A stretch of DNA of 64,000 nt from Ylistrum balloti (taxonomy: Eukaryota), in contig NW_026782687.1 of the NCBI RefSeq assembly GCF_031769215.1, forward strand, positions 124,001-188,000. The letters are read 5' to 3'. Below are positions 25,827-40,559 of this stretch, piece by piece. The notes under the pieces are model-generated. The model was given only the letters and a program-made list of their open reading frames with translations. It had not been told where the DNA came from and did no database searches. How positions within the stretch are numbered: position 1 is the first letter of the stretch; every line of letters begins with the position of its first letter. Both the position numbers and the translations under genes were made by a program.

Positions 25827-28800
25827 TCATTCTCCTTCCAAACATTTGACTATGTCATCAGGAAGAAAAGCCCCTTTCTTTAGACAATCCTGAGTGTATG
25901 CCCATAAAGATTCTTGACTTTGCGTGTTCCTGGAAAAAGAAAAGTTGTCCATCAATACAATGATACATGACAGAGTTTAATCTAGAATTGCATGCAAGTG
26001 CCATCTGCTAGTCATTGCTTTTGGTCATTGTATTCCTATATTGCACGCGATGTTAAGTAATTTCATCATCTTACAATCCGAAGAGACACTTGTAACCATA
26101 CCGATGCGTGATATCTTAATGCGACATTGAAGACCTGACCTGACATTCACGAGGAACTTAAATTTCCAGTTATCCTCTTAGTCTGCTATTTAACTATTGG
26201 TTGATAGGTATGTTCTCTCAACTGTTTGCCACTAATGAACCTTTCCTTGTTGGTTTGAATCTTAGTTGACAGATAAATTATAACAACAAGATAGACGAAA
26301 TTATTATATGTTAACTGTCAGTTTTTACCTATTTATTTTTAGGTTAATGACCATAGCGAACAACCGCTGATATGAATACAGGCGTGGCTAATTTAGATGA
26401 TTTGATCACACAGTGACATTGTATCATATCATATCCCAAATCAAATCATTATTCATCATATTTGTTGATGCTATCGCATATGCGCGTTTGAAAAAAAATC
26501 AATATCGGAAAGCTTCTAAACGTCTCGGAAGATTTACTATCAAAGATCATGTACGATAAAGTAAAAAGTCGATATATTCACAGTGCCTTAGCTGTATAGC
26601 TGCATGCTTCACTTCATGAAATAACCAGGAACTTAACTACCAGTTTTTTCCTTATGTAACAAACTTTAGACCGGATCATATAAAGAGTAACCGCTTATGT
26701 ACTGTGGAACAAATAGTGGATAAAGTTACAGTGCGATAGTTTTGAAACGTGCCACGTCTCTCTTAAAGACGTAGAATCTAAAACTAAAAGCAAATAATTG
26801 TTTAGAATAAATTACATTGTCTAAATAGGTCTATCCTGCTATCTTCTTACCTTATCATAGAATAAGACAGACAATGTTTTTCAGTTTCAGACAGTACCTA
26901 GATACATAACGTACCTTGCTAAACTGTTGACATTTGAAGGTTTACAATCAACATAATACACGTCACGGACACCTTTCAAGTCCGAATTCACCGCCGCGTT
27001 GATGCTTGTTTCAGCTCCTTCAAATGGATTTTTTGCCTTACCTGTCGGATAGAAAAGAAATGAAAATAGGTCTGCCATCCATTACACAAATGCTCAACAA
27101 GCATGAAGAAAAACAATTTACGGAAGAAAACTTTACGAAAACATGCTTTATCTTGTGCGATGTATTGAACAGAGAGGTGAGAAAACATATTAGCATACCA
27201 AACACCATCGCCATTTTTTCTTCAGAATCTTGAATCGATCATTCTACTTCATTAAAGTTCGTGATAGTCATGAATAGAACATGTTTATTACTATACAGAG
27301 AAGTGATGTAACCTTAAGAGGGACTTCCGAAACAACAACCTTCATGTATGTGCACCTGACTATTGGTTTTGAGTAAATCACAGCCATTATCAAACATTAA
27401 CAGCACCATGTATACTCCGCGCTGACAAATATACCACTCAAATGAATATAGGCCAGGTGTAACTTAAAACATAGAAAGTCCAAAGTATATGCTCACCAAA
27501 GAATTTTGATACACTCAGTAAGAGACTCATCGACGTCATATCCTTAAAATTTCTTGTTACTTCCGTTTCCACAATGCCTGGATGTAAGCTTACCACTGTG
27601 ACATTTGAGTTTAGAAGTCGTCGGTTCATACTGTACATCTGCATTATCTTCATGAAAACAACAAACGCGACAATTAAGGAAGGATATCAAATGTGAGCAG
27701 GATTTAATCTTTTCATTGCATTTTCGTTGTTAAATTTCATCAAAATATAATTTTTGCTAAAATGATCACTTAATTCTGGATGTTATTATTTAATTCATAT
27801 AATAATTTTGAAACTAGAAATTGCATCATTTCACACATGAATGAAAATCACATCATCAATATTTCTTTCATGAAGCAACGAAAATTGATATTTTCAATTA
27901 AAAAAATGGTACGAATGTTACAAGATAACGGTCATATATTGCAAAGCATTTACTGGTCCATTGATTGGTTTAACGAAGCTGTTTACTACACGTGTAACCC
28001 TATAAGAGAGAACAATACTTGGAATAGTTTAGAGTTCCCGTAGAATAGCATTCTACCAAAGGATTGTTCATTGAATTGCTTTCCTTGTATTCTGTCCAAA
28101 TTGAATTCGGATAAACGGTGAGCCTCACTAGAAACAAGTACTATTCGACAATCTTCTCCGGAAGTCTTCATGATCGGCAAAAGGTGCGCAGCTAGTAAAT
28201 ATTGACTAAGATAATTGACCTAGAAAATCAATTAGATGATTTTCAGATTTATATCAATGTAATTACAAAAGGTAATTTCATATAAAAACCGAAAATAAAG
28301 TAAATAAAAAAGAAAGTAAGTTAATTAAATGAGTCATTCAATGTACAAAGTGGTTAATCAGTTACATACGACTGTACATCATTTGATCTGACTAATGTAG
28401 TATTAAAACGTTTTACCTGAAACATAAGTTCATATCCTTCCGCTGTGTATGCTGCGAATGAAGAAAACAGCATGATGTCATGGTAAATGTTCTGAAACAA
28501 TTGATGCAGAATTATTGCTGATCTTTTTAACGAGTATAACTAATGTATATCAGTTTGCTTTACTTTAATACAGTGAATGAGATATAAAAAGATAATCATT
28601 GGATGTAGACACTCTTTTTGTAATCATTTATTTGATGTTTCATTCAGTTGTGTGTATATTGTCTCGATAAAACTTTACCTTGTTTGTGAAGGGCTATTCC
28701 AGCGTTACACACCAAAACATGTAACTGTCGACCAGACTCTTTGAATTTCTTTATAAAATCCATCACTGACTGTAGACTGGCACAGTCTAATTTCATAAAC

Positions 28801-30750
28801 TCTATACTGAGTTCTGAGTAATCAACCACGCCTTCTGTTTTTCTGTCTTTCTCCGCCTCGAATTCCGCATTCATTCTCGTCATTGCCTAAAGAAAGCAAA
28901 TGAGACATCATAAGAGCAACTTTCAGTTTATCAAACACAAATCATTCGATAACATTGTGTTTTGTTTCTCTAATTTGAATGTCTTTGTTTACCCTTAACG
29001 TATTTAGTGTAATTTAAGTATCTGACCTCTTTTGCCCTTTCTTCGGACCGACATGCCAATATGACCGTGGCTCCCATCATTGCTATCCATTTGGCTGTTT
29101 CGTATCCTATACCTGTAAAAATAACACATACTTATTGAGTTTAATTGCTTTCTAGTTTCTTATTGTAATGAGCTTGTAAATAAGCTTCAATTGATCCCCT
29201 GGTGGATTGTTTTGCTCTTATCGGCCAGTAGAAGGGCGATCTCAAGCAAAACTGAAGATGTCTAAGAGGAAGCTATGACCATGCTTTTTAACAAGGATAT
29301 TCTTTTAGCATACAAAACATTCTGAAATCTGAAATAAACATTTTATTGTGGAATATTTGATAACAGGTTAAGGTTCTGATATGCATTATATATTATAAAT
29401 CACTTTTTTACTCGGGTTTTACACAGAAACGAGAACTTAAGACGGGTCTCTATCGTACTATACTGATCTAGTAATCCATTCGCTGTTTTATCTGTAAGAA
29501 TGGATCAGCTTTGAAATAGCATTGTTCACTTAATCATGTAACCTGGCTTGTCGGATGTTCAACTAGATTAATTGATAATAATGGTACTTAAAATATAAGG
29601 TTATTAAACACTGATAACAACGTACTCTATTAGATACACCCATTACTTGTCAGTTAAACATATAGGATTAGACATGTGTAAATATAAGACAATCACGAAT
29701 ATGAAATGCACGAAAATCTTTACTGCAAGCATTTAAAGAGCTCAGTCCTATTGATACCGTTTGAGAGATCATTGATATGCATTTTTACACATTTATACAA
29801 CTTCGTTATTTTGTTTACAAGTATCATATGCCCTTAAGAATCTATAGCACTTTTTCATAGGCTTAATAATACCGATATACCCTAATTTCAGGAATGGAAA
29901 TAAAATATCACAATATTATTGTTAGATCTCAAATAGTTGGAAATCTCATATAAATAAAATACTGGTTTTATCCTGTTTACCTGTATGTTACCAAATATAT
30001 AGATATAATGATTCTATTGGTTGAAATTTTGGAAAATGTTAACTCGCCAATAAGGATATTTTCGATATACGACAGTAACTATATTTAACTAAAATAAAGA
30101 TTACGTTGCTCTTATCAGCACACCTCCGGTAAACACAGAGCAACCCATACGTGATATAGCAAAAACGAGCAAAAACATACAATGTGTACACTGTTCTATG
30201 TTAGGACCTTTCTGCGACGTAAACAGCTTACAGGGATTATGAAAACGTAATCATGTATATAAACCTGTAACCTTTGTATGTTACACTAACGCTTTGTTGC
30301 ATTTTATATAAAATGATACATATTGATATAACAAAAGTTAAACAGATCAATTATCCATCTTGATAAACTTTCTTTACACATAAAAGGCGACTATTTTATT
30401 ACAAATTTACCTGTAGGGTTGATTTGATGTACAATGTGTTCGTATCTGAGACTTGAAAGAGTTTGACACTAATTCAGGTTAATCAATTTACATATCAACA
30501 ACATGCCCAACACCCTATTAGGCTTCAACTCGTTCATTGCAAATTTACCTCCCATAAATCCCTTATATCAATATTTGCAGTAATATAAAAATAACGCTGT
30601 AATCAGTTGGTATGATATCTACAGAAAAAACAATGATATCAAAAAATTTGAAATAAAGCGTTGATATCGCCTACCTGTGTTAGCACCTGTTACTATAACA
30701 ATTCTCTCCTTTGGCAGGGTAGCCCTGGGGAAAGAAAGGTGGCCACCCAT
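25827..30750 (-). CDS. SDR paralogue D, complete 8-exon gene, 328 aa
   Basis: Exons 30750-30675, 29112-29027, 28886-28679, 28451-28417, 28219-28019, 27647-27497, 27041-26915 and 25929-25827 (TGA). Total 987 nt, in frame, GT-AG throughout. Motifs: MGGHLS, TGANTGIG, ACRS, NAG, VSS, YGNSK, HPGIV. Confidence 0.95.
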
Positions 30751-33017
30751 AATCGACTGCACTAGTGTATTACCACACGTGACTGGTAATCTACATTGTG
30801 ACCTCGGGTACCTGCTATCGTAATTGTACCCCATATATACACAGTAGTAGATTATAGTAAATGTTTGGTTAGTCGTCTTATTGTGATTTCGTACACTTCG
30901 TAAGTAAACTTAAGAATCAACAGCTTTGCTCTATTTTAAGTAAACATCTGACCACTGATTACTGAAATAAACATCAAAACAGTAAATAGTTTCTATTTTG
31001 TTAAATGAACTTGTCAGAATAGGAAAAAAATGTTCGAGATCCGTGGTTATGCAAAAATAGGCAAACGGAATCATTCTTTCGCATTTGATAGAATGACTGA
31101 AATCGCGATGAAAGGGAAGATGTAAACACGCATATATAACCAGACACTAAATATAGTGATAACAATTAGACTCAATGATGCTGTGAGAAACACTATATAA
31201 TTTTATCTATTTTTGTATATATAATAGTAATCAGTCATAGGTATAAATACCTAACAGAACAAGGTAAGGAGTGTAAAATCAATCGATCTGTATTGAAAAA
31301 ATATTATTAACTGCAGCAAATATTTATTGATTATAACCTCCTTGATTTTCAGTCCCCAATATTTACCTAACCATGCATGCCATGTTTTATTCAATTGAAA
31401 AGAGACATGATTCAGAATATTTACATGCACTAGACGTCCTCATGAAATGATCAGTATATGGAAATCACGAAATCTATGGAATTATAGGGCTAGTGCCCCA
31501 ATCTAAATTTTGACATTTTCCACAGTCGCGTCCTAGGTTTCAAAATTTAATCTCATCGTCACTGAAGTGTGCAAGGGCAAACAGCTTTATAATGCAAATT
31601 GATTCACTATTTGGTTCTGCTGTATCTAATTCTAATTCTGTGTGTATTTTGTGCATTTTGTATCTTTGAGGACCTGAAATTACCTGAAGTAGATTATAAT
31701 TTTCTTTGAGAAGGTCACTGATCGATGAAGCAGAAGACACATACCTTTCCGGAAAGCTGAAACTTTAGTCCAAAATTAGACTATAACCGGTTTCGGTTTC
31801 GTGGCTCAAGTTTTTATTAATTATTTTTTCGTTCATTTTACACCCTCTTTTCATTTTTCCGAGATAGAAAGACGGTTTTTATGTCATTATGATCGTATTG
31901 TTATCTGATCGGACATGATTTAAATGTTATTTTCAATTGAGCATATAGCACATTAACCAAATACCTGTAACTTCCTTTCAGAATTTTACTGCATATGTCT
32001 TACTGGATAGGTAAACAGTTAATGCCTTATTTTGTACCATGATATACTACAAATTAACATCTTATAGATACACAATAGATAAAACATAGATAAAACGTCC
32101 ATAAAAATCCTTTTGTTGTTTGAATGTTATAGCTTGAACATTTGTCTGAGGTTTTTACAGTGTCAGCTGTGAAGTAGAAAAGTATGGACAATCCATCCTG
32201 TCAACTAGCAGTCAACCTTTCACTATTTCCACAGTTCATTGCATTGTGAAAGAATTTTTTTATAATAATGGTACTTTGATAAAAAATCAGCATATGAAAC
32301 ATTTCACCAATCATCTTAGTATTTGAACACAGTATTTCGATAAACATCGTTTGAGATCTCGACCGTTTCTATTATTTTACTGGATAAATAATAGCATGAT
32401 TCAATCGCTGGCTTTGCTAGAATAACCCTTGTATTATTCGGACATGAAGGCATTTCCAGCATGGTCAGTTCGTTAGACTCTACTTTCAATAGATGAATCA
32501 TATTTATATGACATCTTGTCTGTATTTTAGGTCATTGATAATTAAATGACCGCCAAGTTACGAAGTTATGATTAAAAAAAAAAAAAAAAAGGTCATGAAA
32601 CGATGTCCGGCTTAGCCAGAATGTTTATATAATGTCATTAACTTGTGCATGGACAAGTCTTGATAATTTTGACAATAACTACGGAAGTAAGTTTTGTTGA
32701 ATTATTATGTAGTTACACAGTAGTCTCCCCTTCTACCAGAATAATCCACCCATAAATTAATACTAAAAAAAAAAATAGTGTGAAGTATTATTTTTTTCTG
32801 CATGATTGCGTACAAAAGATCAACACACCACGTTTACAAGGTTTCCAGCTCACTTGCATGGACTAACACTGAAGTATATTCATTGGTGTCATTCACACCA
32901 GTATTTGTTGCGATTCCACTGTGTACACTTGATAAACCAATTCGCGAAGTACCTTCCTTGCTCCTATAGATGATATCATCCCGTTAATACAATAATATAT
33001 AGTCCAGTAGCAACTCT

Positions 33018-36000
33018 TCATTTCCCGTCCAAACACTTGATGATATCAGGAAGAGAACCTCCTTCCTTAAGACAATTCTGAGTGTATGTCCATAACGTTT
33101 CCTGGTTCTGCTTATTTGTAAGTAAAATAAAACATAGTTTCAACAAGGTAAAGTATTAACAGTATCACAAACAATAATTACATATACTGTTCACTCGATA
33201 TATACTATTTTAATCTGGCACATGGTCATAGTATCCGATGTTAAAGAGAACACAGATCTTCGTTAAAAGTGGGGCACTAGAATTGAAATTTTGATGCATG
33301 CCACCTTATTTGACATTTGGCCTGATTGAGTTCAGATAAATATCCTACTTTTCATAGGTCTAACGATTAATAAAAAGTACAAGCAAATACAAATGTGATA
33401 TTTTGAAGAGCGATTGTCAGATATCATTACTCATTTATTGCTATATTTTCGATTGGTGATTTTAAACATTTTCATTGAATTTTTCATCCCTGTTACATAA
33501 GGAATTTCTTTCTGAAGCTTCGAAAATTGTATACAGTAACTAAAGATATAGTGTACGTTACCTTACTATGGCTTAGTGTACAGTACCATTAGTATAACAT
33601 GGTTCGCATATCTGAATATATAAAAACATTCATCTTCGTATTTTGATAATTTTACCTAGTTCTACTGTCTGGGGTGTTGGGTTTACAGTCACTATAATAC
33701 ACATCACGGACGTCTTGAAGTGCCGGGTTCACGGCGGCATTGATCGTGGTCTCAGCTCCTTCATATGGAGTTTTTGACGGGCCTATAAAAAAAAAATGAA
33801 ATTAATCAGAAACAAATGTGGTAATTTGTAATGTTTTGCCTTACCGTTCACATTTCTACAATTACATCTTGTTGATTTGAAGTAAACAAAATTCGCGTCA
33901 ATAACATTCACCTTCATTTAAAAATTGAAATATTATTAGAATGATGTAATTGATTTTGACTGAAGTGGTAAAATCCATATAAGATGCTAACAACCGAAGG
34001 TTTTTTTTTAAAAATAAAAATACATTAGTGTCAATTACACGAATAAAAAAGTTTCTCTTATCTGTGATTGTATATAGGTATATTTAGTCAATGATGTTTT
34101 CCATTACAGTAGAACGAGACTGTTTTTGCTTTATGTACAAATTATGAATTACAAATACTAAGTTCCATTGTCATGAAAACTGAGGAAAACCATTTTATTT
34201 TGTATGTAAAGCTTGTAAATCATCAAAATGAAATTTTAAATTGAATCCACGGAACATCTCTCTAGAGTCATTTTAAAACACACAGTTTATCAATTCATAC
34301 TCTCCAATGAATTTCCCTAAACCGAACAGCAACGCCTAAGGTCCCATATCACTGAAGTTTCTTGTTATTTCTGTCTGCACAACACCCGGATGTAAATTAG
34401 ATACTGTGACGTTTGAATTTTGAAGTCGTCGGTTTATACTAAACATCTTCATGACCTTCAAAAACAAAGCAAAATATTTTTGATCATTTTTTTTGCCTTA
34501 CAAATGATAATTTGAATTATTTTATAATTTTCATGCTTTGTTTTGTCTTTGTTTTTAATTAAACAATAGTTACATTAAAAATAACAGTATGTAGTTATCA
34601 TAACACCTAAATAAAAGGACAGCCAACGTGATCATTGTCAATTATTTCTATAAACAATATTCCATAAGATACCTGGAATGCTTTCGAATTTCCTTAGAAG
34701 AATGTTCGTCGAAAATTACGTTCATTATACTGTCTTCTTCATTGCTCTAATTCATGCAAAAATATTTTAAATAAATACACTGCACGTGATAAACGTATTG
34801 TTTATAGATGCATTAAGACAAAAAACGGTGCTCAAGTGTGACTTAATTAGTAATTAGGGCACTTAATTACTGTGACCTACTTTTCAACAATGGCATATTT
34901 TTTGGACATTTTTTCTAATGAAGGTTTTGAAATATATCATCAAATGACATTTAAGAGAAAAAAACTAAAAAAAAAATATTTTAGTTTGATAATTATAGCA
35001 ATAATTATGAATTTGCCCCCCCACTCGTCCCCCCTATTTGAGCTGAGACTAATGTCATGTCATTACCGTCTGACCTTAAGTTTTTAATAGATAAAAAAAT
35101 AAAAAATATTCGTCATGGCCACCAGAAGGCCCAAACTGGCACTCCTCCTTTATTTGTAACACTTAAATTTTATATCAAATAGATTGGTTAACGAATCATT
35201 CTTATGACGTTTTAACACAAACAAGATATTAGTAAATATAAGTTATAATATTCTGTAGTTACAGTCTTAAAAATACTCAAAGCATATCATCTTAACTAAG
35301 TAGGGTTGAAAAGATTCCACTTCTAAAAACACTTTCAGTAAGTCTTCCCCACTAACATTGTAATTTCATTTTATTTGTAGACAGTTGACCAATATATACT
35401 TTGCAATGAATAAGGATAAATGAGAAAATAGTATCAAGGCTTACCTCCCTTGCCTTCTCTTCCAACCGACAGCCCGATATGACTGTGGCTCCCAACATGA
35501 CTATCCATTTGGCTGTTTCGTATCCTGTTTGATTTGATTTTAGTTTTATTTAACAAATTACTGATGAATGTTCAACCGATACGTAGATAGATATCAGATC
35601 TAAAATGTTGATTTTATTCGATATAACATTTAATCAATCAATGTAAATTTTTCCCCGTTTTACCGATGAATTGCAAAATATTGCAATGACTTTCGGAAAT
35701 CACGGATTAAGTGGAAACTTATATGAGATTTTGTTATCAAATGATTGATTATTCAGATAAATATTGTAAAAACAAACCCAACAAGCAAAAAACAACACAT
35801 TTCTACGTCATACTTAAAGGCTTTTTGCTCTATATCTATCATTTCCGTTGTAAAGTCACTGTGTGACGTCAATGTACAAATGTACTTGTAAACCTGACGT
35901 CACAGTAGGGTTCACGCATTATACAGTAACATCCGTAAATTGATGACTGATGATGTAGAAGAACTATATTAATATCTATAGGATTTATACATGGCATGTA

Positions 36001-36797
36001 GGCAAAGAATTTACACTTAAAATGCAGTCAGAAATATATGAATAGATAAGCAGAGGATATTTGGTTGTTAATAACATGAACCTCTTCTTCTTGAGACCAA
36101 CTACTTATGCTTTTCCCCTCATAGGCTACTTGCACGTTATAGATGTTTCAAAATACACTAAGATATATGATGTATGAGAAAAATAGTTCTGATGTTGATT
36201 TTGGAACAGATTTTGTTATACGTGTATGTTGGTTTGCAGTTCTCAATGGTTGCAGTCATTATAACAATATTCAAATACAAAATAAGTAGAAGTGCGAAAA
36301 CGTTGTAAGGAGCCTATGGTACATTCAGGTTTGTATCATACAGGAAGTAAAATCTACCAAAGGGTTTATACACAACAATTAACGATAGATATTGTATACA
36401 AATACGTCATACAAAAACCAAGAAAATATCAACATAACAACATAATCATAATCCAAACTCAAAGTCAATAAAACTACTTCAAACTATGCACAAAAGAAAG
36501 ATTTGCATGGAGATTCCTGTAAAACGTACCCAGAGAACAAAACCAGGTGTTGCGGAAGAGTGAGCGTCTTCATCGACGACAAATGTCATGAAAATCTTAT
36601 CCATCTTCATGTCTTCATTTTTAATGGCCATGTTGACATGCAGATATCGAAATCTCTTGATACTTTACTTCAATCGCTGCTTATAGAAGTGTATCTTATA
36701 TTATGTGTGTCTTGGACCTACCTGTGTTAGCAACGGTAACGATGACAATTTATTCCTTTGTCATGGTAACCCTGGGGAAAGACAGGTGAGAACCCAT
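33018..36797 (-). pseudogene. SDR paralogue E pseudogene (D-like)
   Basis: Exon 1 (36797-36722) has TAA at 36750-36752 and TG changed to TV in the Rossmann motif. Exon 2 (~35524-35445) has lost its first bases. Exons 3, 4 and the 5' half of exon 5 are not found. The exon 5 remnant (~34765-34672) has Y changed to TAA. Exon 6 (34455-34305) has TAG at 34336-34338 and a GA donor. Exon 7 (33782-33656) is intact. Exon 8 (33117-33018) has an AC acceptor instead of AG. Confidence 0.92.
36410..36640 (-). mobile_element. 3' tail of the same Penelope-like family, in intron 1 of pseudogene E
   Basis: Shares CAACATAATCATAATCCAAACTCAAA and AAACCAGGTGTT.CGGAAGAGT.A.CGTCTTC with 23160-23300. Confidence 0.7.
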
Positions 36798-36975
36798 ATT
36801 CGGTTGTGTTAATGTGTTGGTAGACAGATTATATTTACTTTGAATGGTGACCCTGGGTAGCTGATATCATTCTATTTAGATATACCAGAGCTGGTCTGTA
36901 AATAAAGTACAGTGTTAGATAAGCCTGAATGATGACTGATAATGTCTGTGTTGATACAGTGGAGAAGTGCTCTTT

Positions 36976-37736
36976 GTTGGTATGCCTGATGGTTTAATTT
37001 TTTGTTTCCCTTGTGCTACACACAACAGGATCAACCTAACAACAGGAACAACCCAACAACAGGAACAACCCAACAACACGAATAGTCCAACAGGAATACC
37101 TTTTAGGTAGGGTTTATTACACCCGTACCGATGCTTTGTGTATATGTTAATAGAAATCATCAAATAAATTGCAACCCATGTCACAAGTCACACTAAGCAA
37201 CATAACGACCAACCATCTTCTTCTTTTCCCGTTAACTTAAAACTGATGAAAACAGTCATCGTAGAAGCAAATCAGATAGATAAGTCAATAGATAAGTAAA
37301 TATTGTAATGTAAAGCTCCATGATTGTTTTATCATAAAATTTACATTATTCTCTGTAAAACTGATGAAACGAAAAATGATTCACCTCAAAATTATTTTAA
37401 TAATGACCTCAATTTGTTTAATGTGTTGTTTTCTATTATTTTGAAAGTAGGATTGGTGTACATACTTTTTCAAACAGCTAAATGAGAGAAAATTCCAAAA
37501 TCACATGTTCATGTAGATTTTATGTCAAATTCTGCACGTAAATAAATGTTGACTTTCTATAAGTAACTTCGAAAATACCAATATGCAAACAGCATTTAAT
37601 TCGTACTCCAACTCCGGATGAGTGAGCGTCTTCTGCTTCATTGGCTTGTCATGTCAATCTTGCAATCCAAGTAAATAATGTCACGTTCCCAATAAAGAAC
37701 AAGGGAAACAAAAATTAAACCATCAGGCATACCAAC
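36976..37736. repeat. 38/39-bp near-perfect inverted repeat pair (36976-37014 and 37699-37736) enclosing a 17-bp x3 tandem repeat
   Basis: GTTGGTATGCCTGATGGTTTAATTTTT(T)GTTTCCCTTGT and its reverse complement differ by one T in a homopolymer. AACAACAGGAACAACCC repeats at ~37021-37077. Confidence 0.8.
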
Positions 37737-38564
37737 GATCATCAACAAAGTCTAATTCCATAGCGCTCAAAAGAAATACAGAAATGTCTAAATGAAATGA
37801 TTATGACAACCGTGAAGCTTCCGCACCATTTTCAATAACCTATGTAATATACATAACAAATCCGGATTTTAAGAAATCTTTGTTATACATTGCCGAATTA
37901 AGCTGACGGTAACTCCAAAGTAACACATCACAATATATATTTGTTCCCGCGCAAGCACAGGTTTCATCTATACGTAAACATTTGTTTACTAAAATATAAT
38001 TCTTAGTTCTGTTTAAAATGGTATCGTTGTTCCGATATATACAAATATGCAATTATCGCTAGATCGTAGTTGTCAGAGCAGTGTTTTCAGCATGCTGTTT
38101 ACAGCTCTCGAAATTCAGACGCTTCGTTGCCTCAGTTTTCAGTTTCACAATGTCAATCTTACCCGTGAACAGAAAAAGGAACACATCAAACTTAAGGAAA
38201 TATTTGGGCATGGATCCCCTGCCATCTAACGAGTCTTCTTTGACAAACTGACTTTCACAATAACGCTGTACGTAAGTAAACATATATTATACACTGTACA
38301 ATTTCTACATCCAGATGATCTTCTATGTATATTTCATCAGAGGGTAATAGTTTTTGAGATACTTTACATTTAACTTATATTTGTCTTCTTTTTCCTTTTT
38401 CTCATTATTTATCTAGAAACAAAAAATTGTATTATTAAACGTAAATAAGGTATATTTGATTACAAATTACGGTTAAAGTCAATTGTATTTTGTGTACAAT
38501 TAGCAGGTCGGTATGACTGGTGCATAGTATTAAGTTACTGTGGTGTCTGTCACTCCACAGACGG

Positions 38565-38640
38565 GTTATGCTTCTTTGTCTGCGGTGATGGACATTGAAT
38601 ATCACGTTGGGGACCTGGGTTCGATTTCTGTCGGGGCTCT
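38565..38640 (+). mobile_element. tRNA(Asp)-like SINE head or pseudo-tRNA
   Basis: TATCACGTTGGGGACCTGGGTTCGATTTCTGTCGGGG resembles the 3' half of eukaryotic tRNA-Asp. B-box GGTTCGATT lies at 38618-38626. The acceptor stem is not intact. Confidence 0.55.
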
Positions 38641-40559
38641 CGGCAGGAGTGTTTTTCTCTGCTCTGATACATTGATCACACGTGCTATTGGTAACAGAAA
38701 ATGCATTTACATTGTGTAGTTTTTTTTTAATTTTGACAAGGAAAACGTATTTCGGCAAAGTGTTTTATTTCTTCTGTATAAGAAATACAATTCATACATA
38801 CTGAATGCAACATACTTAACGCAATTTATTTTAAGTTAAAAACACATCACAGACCTTTTGATTGGATAAAAAAAGTTAATGGTACGCATGGCATGTTTAC
38901 AATTCTGTACAATATATAATGTTATGACTGTATTAAGTTTGATTGTATCAATGTATCATACTTTACAATCATCATGGTACATGACACAAGATGTTATACC
39001 AAGTATTGTATTTAATCTGGCTAAGAGTATTTATGACACACTAAATATGCACAAGGACCAACATTTATATATAATGTCTTTTTGTTATTCTAAACAAGAC
39101 GATTTTTCAAACTGATTAAATTTCCTTTTTTACATGTCCTTTGACACAGCTGTTGTGTTTATGCATGAATCAAGGACATTTATTAGAGTAGTCAAAAATG
39201 AAGATCCGTTGCATAATCAATCGTATTGGAAAATCTGCGTTTTTTTCCCAGTAAGTTGTGGAAATTAAACTCATTTCAGTTAATAAACAATGTTTAATAG
39301 ATTTTTAGATAGAGCAATTTTACCGAACATCAATATTAAATAATTGACAAACGAATGTCATATTAAACGAAATACAGTTAGGATTGAAGAAACGGGAGAA
39401 TTCAATCGGTTATTTATAATAACTGTAAGGATAAAGATCGAGAAGTATTATATATGTATTGTGTGACGAAATACTGATCATAGATGTTTAGGCACTTTTA
39501 TTACTTTCCATTATTAAAAAAAGTCAATTTTTTTTTCATGTTAGATAACGTATTTAATGTATGCCAAATAGATTTAAAATATAAATTGATATTTGATCAG
39601 ATGAAATCAAAATAGAAAGAACTTAAGATTCATACAACGCGTTTCATGAATTAGAGTTTGATGTAAAGTGTCTTTGTCGAATTCAATAAAAGAAAAACCC
39701 TTGACCAACCTACAATTGCCAATGAATATGAAACATTTAAAGAACCGAAAGGAAGCGCTCACATACCTGATTTGTATGACAAACTCTAGACAATTTCAAA
39801 AATAAGATAAATATTTCACACAATGACTTATTAAGAAGTAAGGAAGTTTCATTGCATCATTATTGTATTGAGTACATCGGTAGTAGTTAGGAAGGGTAAG
39901 AGGGATGGAGGAATCCCATAGTACCTATATCTAGATAGTATTGACATGATGACATCAGTTACACTATTCCTATGGTGCTTTCGTGTTAGAGAGAGTAAGT
40001 GGAAGAACGACAAGAACAAATCTATGAATAAAAATAAATTATGGTAATGGTTGCAATCTTTATGGTTAGAATTTTCGCGGATTTGCTAAAGGCTTGAAAA
40101 AGCACTGGCATACTTTTACTGGGGTCATGAAACAGATAGATATATGGTTTTCTTTACAAATCATATTTTCAAGATTTCTCTTTTAAGCAATTTTATTAAA
40201 TCGTCGAAAACAGTAAAAACACATCCTCTTGAAATAAAAACACTTATCAGGAAAGCTTTTTCAATCACTGGTCACCAGAATTGCTGTCCTTTACAGGATA
40301 CGGCATAAAATTCGGAGATGGATTGTCCTTTTTATATCCATGTAGACCTATTATGCATATGTTTATTAACAAACTCGGAGGAAAACGTGACAGATATGAG
40401 TTTAAATATCATACTTAACATTATTATTGGTATTTACGTATGATGTGATTCTGGATTAAAAAGCAAAAATAACTTTTATCTCTTGTTATATCATAGGTTG
40501 TTGCCTATAATATAATGTTGGTGATGTCATTCATTAACTTTGGAGAATGATCACAGAAT

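Noticed and set aside
33118-33655. Intron ending in AC as a possible U12 AT-AC intron
   Set aside because: The donor is GTAAAA rather than ATATCC, and the paralogues have AG here, so this is a pseudogene mutation.
37361-37374. CTGATGAAACGAAA resembling a hammerhead core (also CCGATGAG at ~51153)
   Set aside because: There is no stem II or flanking stems I and III in the first case, and no CUGA or GAAA match in the second.
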